Shown here: positions 41,182 to 51,488 of the stretch, one piece after another | Layout: each line of letters starts with the position of its first letter | Numbering within the stretch: position 1 is the stretch's first letter | Assembly: GCA_963662275.1 (NCBI GenBank) | Contig: OY759316.1 | Span: forward strand, 2,432,001 to 2,496,000 | Reading direction: 5' to 3' | DNA: 64,000 nt | Source of the DNA: Candidatus Cloacimonadales bacterium | Lineage (GTDB): Bacteria; Cloacimonadota; Cloacimonadia; Cloacimonadales; DAONDQ01 | The notes under the pieces: model-generated | The model's input: the letters and a program-made list of their open reading frames with translations, nothing else | Database searches by the model: none | Told to the model about the DNA's origin: nothing | Translations under genes and position numbers: made by a program

Positions 41182-42048
41182 ATGCTGACAATCGTTGTTC
41201 CAATCTTCAACGAAGAGAAATCCCTGGTCACTATATTGCCAGTCTTACAAAAGATCAGTCTGGAAAATAACTGGAAAGTAATCCTAGTTGATGATGGATC
41301 TACTGATTCAACATCTACAATATTGAGCCAATACCGGGATATTATTAATTTTACGATTCTTGAGCATACCAGTAACAGAGGTTATGGTTCTGCATTGAAG
41401 ACCGGTTTTCGTTCTGTTACAACTCCTTATGTCATCACATATGATGGAGATGGACAGCATGATGTCGCTGATATTTCGGTTTTGCTGCATATGGCGCTTT
41501 CACAAAAAGCAGATCTCGTTGTTGGTAAGAGACCTTCGAGCAATAAACCTTCCTATCGAGATTTTGGGAAATTTCTTATTCGCTTGGTAGCATCAATGCT
41601 GATGAAAATACTCATCAAGGATTTGAATTCAGGAATGAAATTGTATAGAACTGACTTGCTTCTTTCATTTTTGCCTCTTTGTCCTGATTCAATGGCATTC
41701 AGTGATTTTATAACACTTTGCTTCTTGAGCCAAAATTATAAAGTAATCGAAAACCCGATAAGAATCTATCCAAGAAATAAAGGGAAAAGCAAAGTAAAAT
41801 TGCAAACCGCTTTTCAGACCGTTAATGAAATATTGAACATTATCTTGCTTTTCAATCCTGTAAAGATATTCCTGCCTGTATCCCTACTCTTTATCCTGGT
41901 TGGATTCGCCTGGGGTATTCCCTTCGTACTAGCTGGTAGAGGTGTAAGCGTAGGGGCGAGTTTATCAATTATCACAGGTATCATTATATTTATGATCGGC
42001 TTATTAGCAGAGCAGTTATCGATGCTTCTGAAAAGCGGAATAAAATAG
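41182..42048 (+). CDS. GT2 polyprenyl-phosphate glycosyltransferase (DPM1/GtrB/ArnC-like)
   Basis: PIFNEE, DDGSTD, NRGYG, DGDGQH and DLNSG motifs; two C-terminal TM helices. Confidence 0.88.
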   Translation: MLTIVVPIFNEEKSLVTILPVLQKISLENNWKVILVDDGSTDSTSTILSQYRDIINFTILEHTSNRGYGSALKTGFRSVTTPYVITYDGDGQHDVADISVLLHMALSQKADLVVGKRPSSNKPSYRDFGKFLIRLVASMLMKILIKDLNSGMKLYRTDLLLSFLPLCPDSMAFSDFITLCFLSQNYKVIENPIRIYPRNKGKSKVKLQTAFQTVNEILNIILLFNPVKIFLPVSLLFILVGFAWGIPFVLAGRGVSVGASLSIITGIIIFMIGLLAEQLSMLLKSGIK

Positions 42049-42081
42049 ATTGTGTTTTGAATTCATGAAAAGGATGTTGTC

Positions 42082-42957
42082 ATGCTTAAATCCTTAAGTG
42101 TAATTGTACCTGTTTTTAATGAAGAGATCAGTATATCTCTCTTCATACCAGCTATCATTTCATTCTGCCAGGAAAATGATTGGAAACTAATCATCGTGAA
42201 TGATGGTTCTACAGATCGTACGAAAGAAATAATCCAACAGTATATTTCGGAAAACTCAGGAACGATCATCCATCATAAAGTAAACAGAGGTTATGGAGCT
42301 GCTGTAAAAAGTGGTATCTATGCTGCTAACACTGATTATTGTATTACTATTGATGCAGATGGACAGCATTTTTTAGAAGACATAGGACGTTTATATAAAC
42401 GCATCCAAGAGACAGATGCAGACATGATCGTCGGTTCGCGAAAAGGTTTAAAATCAGCATCCATATTTAGAAGAATAGCCAAAGGATTAATCCGTCAATT
42501 TGCTCGAATGATCATGCCGGTTCCAATCTATGATATTAATTCCGGTATGCGTATATTTAATACAGGAATTGCTCAAAAGATAGTACATTTATGCCCTGAT
42601 GGTATGTCCTTTTGTGATACGGTCACACTCTTATTTATTAATTTTAAACATTTGGTACTGGAAGAGCCAATCAGTATTCGTGATCGAATTGGCGGTAAAA
42701 GTAAAGCAAGAATGCAAACAGCTCTTGAAACTATCGTAGAGATACTGAACTTTGTTGTTTTGTTCAATCCAATGCGTATTTTTCTCCCTCTTGCTTTCTG
42801 TTTCTTCATACCCGGTCTGATCTGGGGAATTCATATGTTTGTCTTGGATAAGGGTATCAGTGGTGGTTCCAGTATTCTCATGATCATGGGAGTTCTTCTC
42901 TTTCTCTTAGGTTTTATATCAGAACAGATTACGCTAATTCGAAAACATATTCAATAG
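42082..42957 (+). CDS. GT2 polyprenyl-phosphate glycosyltransferase, tandem paralog
   Basis: PVFNEE, NDGSTD, NRGYG, DADGQH and DINSG motifs; two C-terminal TM helices. Confidence 0.88.
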   Translation: MLKSLSVIVPVFNEEISISLFIPAIISFCQENDWKLIIVNDGSTDRTKEIIQQYISENSGTIIHHKVNRGYGAAVKSGIYAANTDYCITIDADGQHFLEDIGRLYKRIQETDADMIVGSRKGLKSASIFRRIAKGLIRQFARMIMPVPIYDINSGMRIFNTGIAQKIVHLCPDGMSFCDTVTLLFINFKHLVLEEPISIRDRIGGKSKARMQTALETIVEILNFVVLFNPMRIFLPLAFCFFIPGLIWGIHMFVLDKGISGGSSILMIMGVLLFLLGFISEQITLIRKHIQ

Positions 42958-43046
42958 AAGGCTCGTTTTTAGCTGTTTTATTCTCTCTAAAATCTATTAA
43001 TATGAAGAGATTAGATTGATCTTAGAGCTACAATATGCGGTTGATT

Positions 43047-43430
43047 TCAATGTAAGATCACCCAAATCCCGATTAAAATAATCGTAGCTCCAATTCCCTG
43101 CTGCAAATTCAGTCTTTCCTTTAAGAAGATAGCTGCTGCCACAATCACGAAAACATACATTAATGCCGCAGCAAAAGTCGTTATTGTTGTAGAGTTCCTT
43201 GCTAAAGAAGGTATTTTTAAAAGAGCATTATTCGTTTGAATAAAACAAAAGCGAGAAACGAATGCCAATGCAAAGGAAACATAGAACTTCCAGCTTAAGA
43301 TGAGCTTAATCAAACCTGCCCAGCTTAGAAGATTACCGGAAATCAAGGCACGGTCACCTAATAATACAATGGATATTGAACCGGACAGACAATGCAAAAC
43401 TAACCAAAGAAACACGATTAGCATATTCAA
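43047..43430 (-). CDS. Small 4-TM EamA/SMR-type membrane protein (ArnE/F-like flippase candidate)
   Basis: 127 aa, four hydrophobic segments, C-terminal AAIFLKERL...GATIILIG typical of DMT proteins. Confidence 0.65.
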   Translation of the reverse strand: MNMLIVFLWLVLHCLSGSISIVLLGDRALISGNLLSWAGLIKLILSWKFYVSFALAFVSRFCFIQTNNALLKIPSLARNSTTITTFAAALMYVFVIVAAAIFLKERLNLQQGIGATIILIGIWVILH

Positions 43431-43432
43431 TC

Positions 43433-44248
43433 CTATGATTTCAACTTACTATGATACCAATAAAAGATAGAAATTATCATTTTTGCAGGAAGCAGAAGAA
43501 GAGAGCTTTCTCCCAGCATATAGGCATAATCAAGCCAATTCAGATGTAAGTGCTCTCTATAATGCCATTTTATAAGTATTTCATTCCTTAATTGACATTT
43601 CGTTTTCATATTTTTTGAATTTGATGTATTCTGGTGGTAAACGTAAAGATTATCTGTAATATTTGTAATTTTCACACCTTGCAGATACCATCGTATCAGC
43701 AACTCATAATCCTCTACCCACAATGCAAATGAGGTAATATCATATGTTCCGTACTTCTCGAACAATTCTCGTTTCATCATAAGTGTAGGATGTGCAACAG
43801 GATAATGACGTTTGATCATCCACCCGATATCTTGTGGATAATGTCTTTCAAGCAGCAAATTTCCTTTATCATCAACATATGATAGACTCGACCCCACAAC
43901 ATCCCATTTTTGATGAGTGATTAGATAATTGTATTGAACTTCCAGTCTATTTGGTTTGGCTTCATCATCAGCATCCAGTATTGCTAAGTACCTACCGGAA
44001 CATCTTTCTATTCCATCATTCAAACTTTGAGAGCGCCCTTTCCTGGAAGACTGGACTAAATAACAAAAGCGGGGTTCCCCGAATGTAAGTTCTTGCACCA
44101 ATATTAAAGCCTGTTTATTATGGGGATTATCAACGACTAGAATCAATTCCCAATCGATAAAGGTTTGATTGAACACGGAAAGTAAAGCTCTTTCCAATAC
44201 CTCTCTCGATTCATTCAAGCAGGTCACAAGCACACTTATCTCAGGCAT
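43433..44248 (-). CDS. GT2 family glycosyltransferase
   Basis: ISVL...SVFNQTFIDWELILVVD, LDADD, HPT and EDYEL motifs. Confidence 0.88.
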   Translation of the reverse strand: MPEISVLVTCLNESREVLERALLSVFNQTFIDWELILVVDNPHNKQALILVQELTFGEPRFCYLVQSSRKGRSQSLNDGIERCSGRYLAILDADDEAKPNRLEVQYNYLITHQKWDVVGSSLSYVDDKGNLLLERHYPQDIGWMIKRHYPVAHPTLMMKRELFEKYGTYDITSFALWVEDYELLIRWYLQGVKITNITDNLYVYHQNTSNSKNMKTKCQLRNEILIKWHYREHLHLNWLDYAYMLGESSLLLLPAKMIISIFYWYHSKLKS

Positions 44249-44482
44249 AAAATCCTACTATAATTCATATATTTGCCTTTCGTAATCCAATCATGTTTTT
44301 TAGACTTTCTTATAAGTTTTCACTGCAGAACAGAATCTTATTTAATATTTTCTAGCAAAATGGCAAGTTTTTTCATTGACTATCAGAGTATGATTCAGAA
44401 TTTCATTACAAAGAAGAATATGATTATGAATATTGTTTGAGAATTAAAAAATCTGTTTGAACAAAATCATGAAAGGAATAAC

Positions 44483-46597
44483 ATGAATAAGGTCCAAAAT
44501 CAAAAAGACATCATTAGCACTCTTCCAAGTATTAAGAAATTGAAATATATCTTTTTGATATTTCCAATTATTATAATCCTGGCAGTCTTAATCTGCTATC
44601 AGGGAACTTATGACTTTCCGTTTCAGTTTGATGATTATGTCAATTTTGTAAATCCAGATAAGATTCAGGATCTATCTTATTTCTCACATTTAAAAAACTG
44701 GTTGAATCCTCTCGACCGCCCATTAGCAGACTTTACATTGTCGTTAAATTACAATATTAATGGACTTGATACAAAATACTACCATGTCGTGAATGTGCTG
44801 ATTCATATCTTTAATGGCTTACTTGTGTTTCTCCTAGTATTCCAAATCACAAGATACTTCATTAAAAGGGATGATATCAAGAATCGGTATTGGTTTGCAT
44901 TTCTAACAGCCATTCTATTTGTAACGCATCCAATCCAGATCCAGGGGGTCACATATATCGTTCAAAGAATGACATCCCTGGCAGCGTTCTTTTATATGCT
45001 ATCAGTATACTTCTATGGGGAAGGTCGAATCAGCCATTCCGAAAAAGATTCAACCCACAAGGCAATCGTGTTTTATGTTCTAACCTTCATCATGATGCTC
45101 CTGGCATTTGCCAGCAAACCCAATACAGCCTCCTTACCTATGATGCTATTACTGTATGAGATGTGTTTCATTCGAGATAAAGAAAATAAGCCGAATTGGA
45201 AATTCATCATAACTTATACAGTTGTCTTATTTGCAGGCTTCATTGTCATTATGCTTGCTGGTAAATTGCCTAGAGAGACTGCCAGTATCTCCAGGATTGA
45301 TTATTTACTGACGCAATTTAAAGTGATCATGCAGTATATATGGCTGCTTATTGTTCCAGTGGGCTTGAATATCGATCATGACGTTTCTGTCGTTCATAAA
45401 CTATCACCCATTGTATCAATCTGCATTTTAATAATCGCAGCCTTGTTTTTAAAGGCAATCCTTTCATTCAAAAAGAATCCGATCATTACTTTTATCATTG
45501 GCTGGTTTTTCATCGCTCTGTCGATAGAGTCATCCATCATTCCAATTCGGGACGTTATGTTCGAACACCGTTTGTATATTTCAGTATTGACTTTTGCACT
45601 ATTCATTGTATATGTCGGATGGAGATTCATATCTTTTAAAAATCCTGTTTTATTCAGAATTCTTGTCTTACTAATTGCTGTTTTATGGACTAGCTTAACA
45701 ATACAAAGGAATCATGTATGGCAATCTGAAGAAAGCCTTTGGCTTGATGCAATTGCCAAATCTCCAGCAAAGAGTCGCCCTTATCAAATGCTTGGTGATA
45801 TCTATCTCAAGCAGAACCGCTTAGAAGAAGCCTTGATTGCGTATGAAAAAGGGATAAAACTTGAACCAATGAATCCTGAAACATATGTGAATCGCGGTGC
45901 CGTGTTAGAAAAGATGAGACGCTTTGAAGAGGCAGAACAATCTTATCTGAAAGCCTATCAATTGGCACCAGGGAATACGGTTGCTATTTATAATCTTGGT
46001 CAAAATGCCAGCCATATGAAAAAATATGATTTGGCTATATTCTACTTGAAATTGGGACTTACTCTGAAACCAAACGATACTGAATTCCTTATAACCTTAG
46101 CATCAGTATATGATGTGATGGGAGAAAATCAAAAAGCTCGGAATTTGTATCAAGAACTAATTAAAAATCCAATCACAGCATTCAAAGCTAATCTGAATCT
46201 TGGGATATCTTATCTTTCCAAAGACGATGCTCGATCAGCTCTTCCCTATCTAGTAAAAGCTGCAAGGTTAGAACCAGCAGATGCTTCTGCATTTTATTAT
46301 ATGGGAAGTGCATACATGACTCTTGGTAATAAGAATGCTGCAAAACAGAATTGGGAAAAGGCAATTGAACTTGTTCCGGCATATACTGCTGCTTTGGATA
46401 ATTTAGGAGTTATTGAATATGAAAATAAGAATTATAGCAAAGCGGTTGAATACTGGGAAAAATCACTGCAAATAAATGCAGCGCAAGCTAGTATATATCC
46501 ATTGATAATAGATGCATATAAACAATTAGGTAACCAGGAAAGACTTTCTTTCTTCGATAACAAAGCCAAAGAAATGGGTTATCCAACAAAACTATAA
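44483..46597 (+). CDS. TMTC-like GT-C/TPR protein (paralog 2)
   Basis: FQFDD, RPL, HPIQIQGV, SKP, EHRLY and RNHVW motifs; TPR tail. Confidence 0.85.
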   Translation: MNKVQNQKDIISTLPSIKKLKYIFLIFPIIIILAVLICYQGTYDFPFQFDDYVNFVNPDKIQDLSYFSHLKNWLNPLDRPLADFTLSLNYNINGLDTKYYHVVNVLIHIFNGLLVFLLVFQITRYFIKRDDIKNRYWFAFLTAILFVTHPIQIQGVTYIVQRMTSLAAFFYMLSVYFYGEGRISHSEKDSTHKAIVFYVLTFIMMLLAFASKPNTASLPMMLLLYEMCFIRDKENKPNWKFIITYTVVLFAGFIVIMLAGKLPRETASISRIDYLLTQFKVIMQYIWLLIVPVGLNIDHDVSVVHKLSPIVSICILIIAALFLKAILSFKKNPIITFIIGWFFIALSIESSIIPIRDVMFEHRLYISVLTFALFIVYVGWRFISFKNPVLFRILVLLIAVLWTSLTIQRNHVWQSEESLWLDAIAKSPAKSRPYQMLGDIYLKQNRLEEALIAYEKGIKLEPMNPETYVNRGAVLEKMRRFEEAEQSYLKAYQLAPGNTVAIYNLGQNASHMKKYDLAIFYLKLGLTLKPNDTEFLITLASVYDVMGENQKARNLYQELIKNPITAFKANLNLGISYLSKDDARSALPYLVKAARLEPADASAFYYMGSAYMTLGNKNAAKQNWEKAIELVPAYTAALDNLGVIEYENKNYSKAVEYWEKSLQINAAQASIYPLIIDAYKQLGNQERLSFFDNKAKEMGYPTKL

Positions 46598-46708
46598 ATC
46601 ATTGCATCATAGCTAGTTTTGGGATTTCTCCGATCTTGAAGATGAAAAGTAATTTTCAATAGTATCAACCGGATTATCGTACCAATATCGTCTGAGGAAG
46701 ATAACACG

Positions 46709-48823
46709 ATGAAAAATGTCAAAAAGAATAAGACTGATGTAGATTCTATCCAGAGTTCCAAGTATACGACCTTACTCTGGTTGATTTTTCCGATAATTAT
46801 AACTATTGCTGTGTTAATCTGCTATCATGGGACTTATGGTTATCCTTTCCAGTTTGATGATTATGTCACTTTTGTTAATCCTAATTCGTATATGGATTTA
46901 CATTTCTACGAAGACCCGGGGCATTGGCTGAATATTATTAATCGTCCCTTGTCCAAATTCTCCCTTGCCCTGAATCGCCAAATGAACGGTCTCGATCCCT
47001 CTTACTATCATGTTTTTAATATCACTATCCATATTTTAAATAGCTTGCTTGCGTTTTTCCTGACTATCCAAATCACAAGATTCTTCATGCGGAAGGATGA
47101 TATTGAAACTCGATATTGGTTGTCCTTTTTTACCGCTGTATTGTTTGCTGCTCATCCAATCCAAATTCAAGCCATAACTTATATTGTCCAAAGAATGACT
47201 TCATTGGCAGCTTTTTTTTATATGTTATCGGTTTATTTCTATGGACAAGCGCGGATACTTCATACTGAAAAAGATACATTTAAACCAGCTATTATTTTTT
47301 ACGGACTTGCTTTTCTTGCCATGATCCTATCATTTATGAGCAAGCCCAATGCTATTTCACTTCCTCTTATGTTCCTCTTGTATGAGATTTGCTTCATCCG
47401 CAATAGGAAGAATGAGCCCAATTGGAAATTCATTATCTCATGCTCGTGTATTTTCTTTATCGGATTCATTATCATTCTCTTTGCAGGCAAGCTGTCTAAA
47501 GAAACAGATAACATTACAAGGAATGACTATTTTCTCACTCAATTCAAGGTCATCATTCAGTATTTTCGGTTGCTTATAATACCCGTAGGATTAAATATAG
47601 ATCACGATATTCCAGTCGCTCACAAACTAACACTCTTCATTGGCAGTTGCATGGCATTGATATCAGCAATGTTCCTTGCTGCTGTGGTTGCATTTAAGAA
47701 GAATCCTATCCTTACTTTTGCGATTGGCTGGTTTTTCATCGCTTTATCAGCACAGTCATCAATCATTCCTATTCGTGATGTAATTTTTGAACACCGTTTA
47801 TATAGCTCGATATTTGGTTTTACTCTAATTATTGTTTTTCTAGTTTGGCAGCATACATACGTTAAGTATCCGCAATTATTCAAAGTGATTCTCATATTGA
47901 TTACAATAATTTGGGGAGGATTAACAATTCAGAGGAATAAAGTATGGCAAACAGAAGAATCTCTCTGGCTGGATGCATCAGCGAAATCACCCGCTAAAAG
48001 TCGACCATATCGAATGTTGGGTGATATCTATCTCAAGCAGGATAGATTGGAAGAGGCTTATTCAGAATATCAAAAAGGTATGCAGGCTGACCCTTTGAAC
48101 TTTGAATCATATGTTAATCGTGGAGCTGTTTTGGAGAAAATGCAGCGTTTTGCAGAAGCGCAACAATCGTATTTAAAAGCACATCAATTAGCTCCAAAGA
48201 ATACTATTGTTTTATATGATCTTGGGCATACTGCGTTTAAAATGAATAATTATCCTCTTGCTCTTTCATACTTCAATAAGGTAATTGCCCTTCAAAATGA
48301 TGATTCTCAAGCATACTTGGCAATGGCATCCGTTTATGAAGCCATGGGTGATATCACCAGAGCACGCATCATATATCAAAGATTAGTAAATGATCCCGCT
48401 GTTTCCGGTAAAGCTAATCTCAATCTTGGTATTTCATATCTTTTACAGGAAGATGGGCAATCAGCTCTTCCCTATTTAAACAAGGTTATCAGGCTAGATC
48501 AGGCTAATCCTTCTGCCTATTATCATGTAGGAAGTGCATATATGATGATTGGAAATATGAACCTCGCAAGACAGAACTAGCAAAAGGCACTAGATATTGA
48601 TCCTAAATTTACAGCAGCCTTGAACGATTTAGGTGTTTCTGAATATGGCGAAAAGAAATACACTCAAGCAATTGAGTATTGGGAAAAGTCGCTGCAAATA
48701 AATTCACTTCAATCAAATATATATGCATTGATCATAGATGCCTATAAGCAATTAGGAAATAAGGAAAAGCAGATCTTGTTTGAGAAAAAGGCTACTGAAT
48801 TGGGATATACAACAAAGCTATAA
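46709..48823 (+). pseudogene. TMTC-like GT-C/TPR protein (paralog 3) interrupted by an in-frame TAG at 48578-48580
   Basis: LARQN*QKALDID vs AAKQNWEKAIELV in paralog 2; read-through length equals paralog 2 (2115 bp). Confidence 0.85.
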
Positions 48824-48824
48824 A

Positions 48825-49922
48825 TCAAATCCTAATCGCTTGTATTGGAATATCGCCATTTTTACAGGCAAAATGCAACTTCCTCACATGCCAATCAGTT
48901 ATTTCTTCCAGCGGAAGAAACAGATCGACCATTGAACCATTCGCTTGCATTGCTTCCAATAAGTGACGTATAGAATCTTGTGATTCTTTTTCTATCCTCT
49001 TTCCATAGGGTGGATTTGTGATGATATGGTACTTGACTATTTGTTTATGATAGTGATTCGCTGGTAGTACTGAAAAGTTTATGTTATCTAAAACGCCTGC
49101 TGACTCTGCATTTTTACGGGCTATATGAATCATATCATCACTGATATCTGAAGCCAGTATTTTATCTGTACTCAATTTTCGTGTATTACTCACAGCTTCT
49201 TCATGGATTCGATTGAATAAGTCCTCCCTGTATATTCCCCACTTTTGGAAAGCAAAATCACGGTATTTGGATAAGGGAATATTGCAGGATATCACTGCTG
49301 CTTCAATGGGAATAGTACCCGAACCGCACATCGGGTCTAGCAAAGGTCTTTCTGATAACAGCCATCCGCTTGATTTGATCAGCCCGGCTGCAAGTGTCTC
49401 ACGGATGGGAGCTTGGCTGCGATACTTCATATATCCCCGTTTATGAAGATGCGCACCGCTTGTATCCATGCTAATCGTGAATACATCATGCTCAGCCTGG
49501 ATCAATATCAGTTGCGTATCGGGAGTATCGGGGCTACCTTGAACTATGATTGTTCTGCCAAAGATTTGATTCAGCGAATTGATACACCTTTCTGCAATCG
49601 CTTTCTCATGATAAAGCTTAGAAGAAATGGATGTAACCCGAATACATATATCCTGGTCAGAAATAAAGTCTTTCCAGGGGATTTTAGCAAATTCAAGTTC
49701 AAGATTCCAGAAGTTCTCTGCATGAAATGTTCCGATACGTAGTAAAATCCTTGTTATGCAGTGAGACTTGATGTTCAGTTTGAAAATAGTTGTTAAATGC
49801 CCAACAAAGGAAATTCCACCTTTTCCCAAATCATGATATTTTATACCGAGTTCTTCAAATTCTTTGGCTGCTATTTTCTCTAGACCGGGTTGTACTACCG
49901 CAAATAATTCAAATGGTTTCAT
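48825..49922 (-). CDS. THUMP-domain class I SAM-dependent RNA methyltransferase (RlmL-like)
   Basis: LHKRGY, APIRETLAA, DPMCGSGT and NPPYG motifs; ATG 49922 has an AGGAGG RBS. Confidence 0.88.
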   Translation of the reverse strand: MKPFELFAVVQPGLEKIAAKEFEELGIKYHDLGKGGISFVGHLTTIFKLNIKSHCITRILLRIGTFHAENFWNLELEFAKIPWKDFISDQDICIRVTSISSKLYHEKAIAERCINSLNQIFGRTIIVQGSPDTPDTQLILIQAEHDVFTISMDTSGAHLHKRGYMKYRSQAPIRETLAAGLIKSSGWLLSERPLLDPMCGSGTIPIEAAVISCNIPLSKYRDFAFQKWGIYREDLFNRIHEEAVSNTRKLSTDKILASDISDDMIHIARKNAESAGVLDNINFSVLPANHYHKQIVKYHIITNPPYGKRIEKESQDSIRHLLEAMQANGSMVDLFLPLEEITDWHVRKLHFACKNGDIPIQAIRI

Positions 49923-49946
49923 GTTTCCTCCTTTATCTTTCTTTGG

Positions 49947-50068
49947 CGGTAGTAGCATCCTTTAGGTTGCTTTAATATACTTACCCGCTGAAGTAAGTGC
50001 TACTTCTTTTTCGGTAGTGGCATCCTTCAGGTTGCTTTAATATGCTTACCCGCTGAAGTAAGTGCTAC
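49947..50068. repeat. Two tandem 57-bp GTAG...CTAC units (65-bp period; REP doublet/BIME-like)
   Basis: 49947-50003 and 50012-50068 are near-identical; each has two hairpins bounded by GTAG and CTAC. Confidence 0.85.
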
Positions 50069-50069
50069 G

Positions 50070-51488
50070 TTATATCAAATCGTAATGTGTACTATATGTC
50101 AACCTGCTCAGTACTTCATCGGTGCAGCCCTGTGTTAATGCCATATAGGATTTAGCAGCAATTTCCTTAAAGTCTTCCGTTAGATAACCGAGTTTGACAA
50201 CAATCACATCATACATCAGGTAATCCAATTCAAGCGCTTTGAACATATCTACATTCGTAAATCCGATATGTTTGGAAGTAAGGATTAGATCAAATTCTTT
50301 GGTTTCCAGAAGAATCAAATCTGAATTGAACAATCCAAAATCTTTGACCCAAAGCACAGGTATAACTTTTAATTCTACAGGTGTGCAATACATCGTATCG
50401 AATTTTCCACCAATACTCAGTATTAAGCTGTGGTTCATCCTTTCAAGGCACTGCTTTACTGCAACAGGATCATAGATACCTGCAACAAGAATACGTTTAC
50501 CGTAAGTCAGAGATTGGAGTTCTGCGCTCAATAAATGAATCATGGTCGTATTATCGGCAGTAGAACCGGCAGTTGGATTGTCTCCTGAATCAGAAACAAA
50601 TACTGGTTTATATTTGTCCTGTAAGGCTAGTATCAATGCCTTCTCAGGTGGATAAGAAGGAGATGAAAAACTGAATTTGTCTTTGTTTTTAATAAATTTA
50701 TCAGCTAAATAATGAGCATATCGATTAGCTTTTTCCTGGTTATTCTTTGTTACCACCAATGCAGTAACACCATTCTCAATCGCATCTGCCCAAGGGAAGC
50801 CAAGAAAGAACGAAGCAGAACAGACATCTTCTTCCTCTTCCATCTTGATCAATTCGCTGATCAGTGACTTCATCGGTTCGCAATCTGTTTCTGACTTCTC
50901 TCCGGCAATCAGGCTCCTGATTCTTGCGTAACCCATACACAATGGAGTTTTTGTACTCAAAGCAATATCTGCCATCTGTGCAGCCTGGTAGCCTGTTTCA
51001 TAAGCATCCAGATGCGGTGCTGTCTTAAAACCTACAAAAGCAGTTGCATAACGTAACATATCTTCTGTAATCGTAGCATGCATATCCATACCGCAAAACA
51101 CAGGAATGCCTGGATACTTGGAATGGATGCTCTTCAATAGATCCGATTCTGCTGAACCGATATTCTTAACCCGCATGGAACCATGTAAAGCCAAAACAAA
51201 GGCATCTATCTTTGGAGAATCATCCACGTATTTGAAGAACTTATCTTTCAAATGTTTATAGAATGATTCATCGATTTCACCATTAGGCACTGCTTTGGCA
51301 AAGACTAACGGGAAAAGAGTATATTCCGGCTTTTCTTCAAAATATTCGATAATCCCTTTAGCAATAAGATAGGATTTCCTATTCTCAAAGATCTCATTCT
51401 TCTCGAATACAACAAATTCATCTGCACTAGTTATGATTGGATTGAAGGTGTTTGATTCATGAAAGAAACCGCCGATGGCTATATTCAT
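50070..51488 (-). CDS. M81 family metallopeptidase (MlrC-like)
   Basis: HESNTF, LHGSM, DMHAT, PHLD, GFPWAD and DSGDNPTAG motifs. Confidence 0.9.
   Translation of the reverse strand: MNIAIGGFFHESNTFNPIITSADEFVVFEKNEIFENRKSYLIAKGIIEYFEEKPEYTLFPLVFAKAVPNGEIDESFYKHLKDKFFKYVDDSPKIDAFVLALHGSMRVKNIGSAESDLLKSIHSKYPGIPVFCGMDMHATITEDMLRYATAFVGFKTAPHLDAYETGYQAAQMADIALSTKTPLCMGYARIRSLIAGEKSETDCEPMKSLISELIKMEEEEDVCSASFFLGFPWADAIENGVTALVVTKNNQEKANRYAHYLADKFIKNKDKFSFSSPSYPPEKALILALQDKYKPVFVSDSGDNPTAGSTADNTTMIHLLSAELQSLTYGKRILVAGIYDPVAVKQCLERMNHSLILSIGGKFDTMYCTPVELKVIPVLWVKDFGLFNSDLILLETKEFDLILTSKHIGFTNVDMFKALELDYLMYDVIVVKLGYLTEDFKEIAAKSYMALTQGCTDEVLSRLTYSTHYDLI

Noticed and set aside
856..48580. Stop-codon reassignment explaining the two in-frame stops
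   Set aside because: They are different codons replacing different residues (TAA for Gln, TAG for Trp), each a single transition, and many intact genes here end normally in TAA or TAG.
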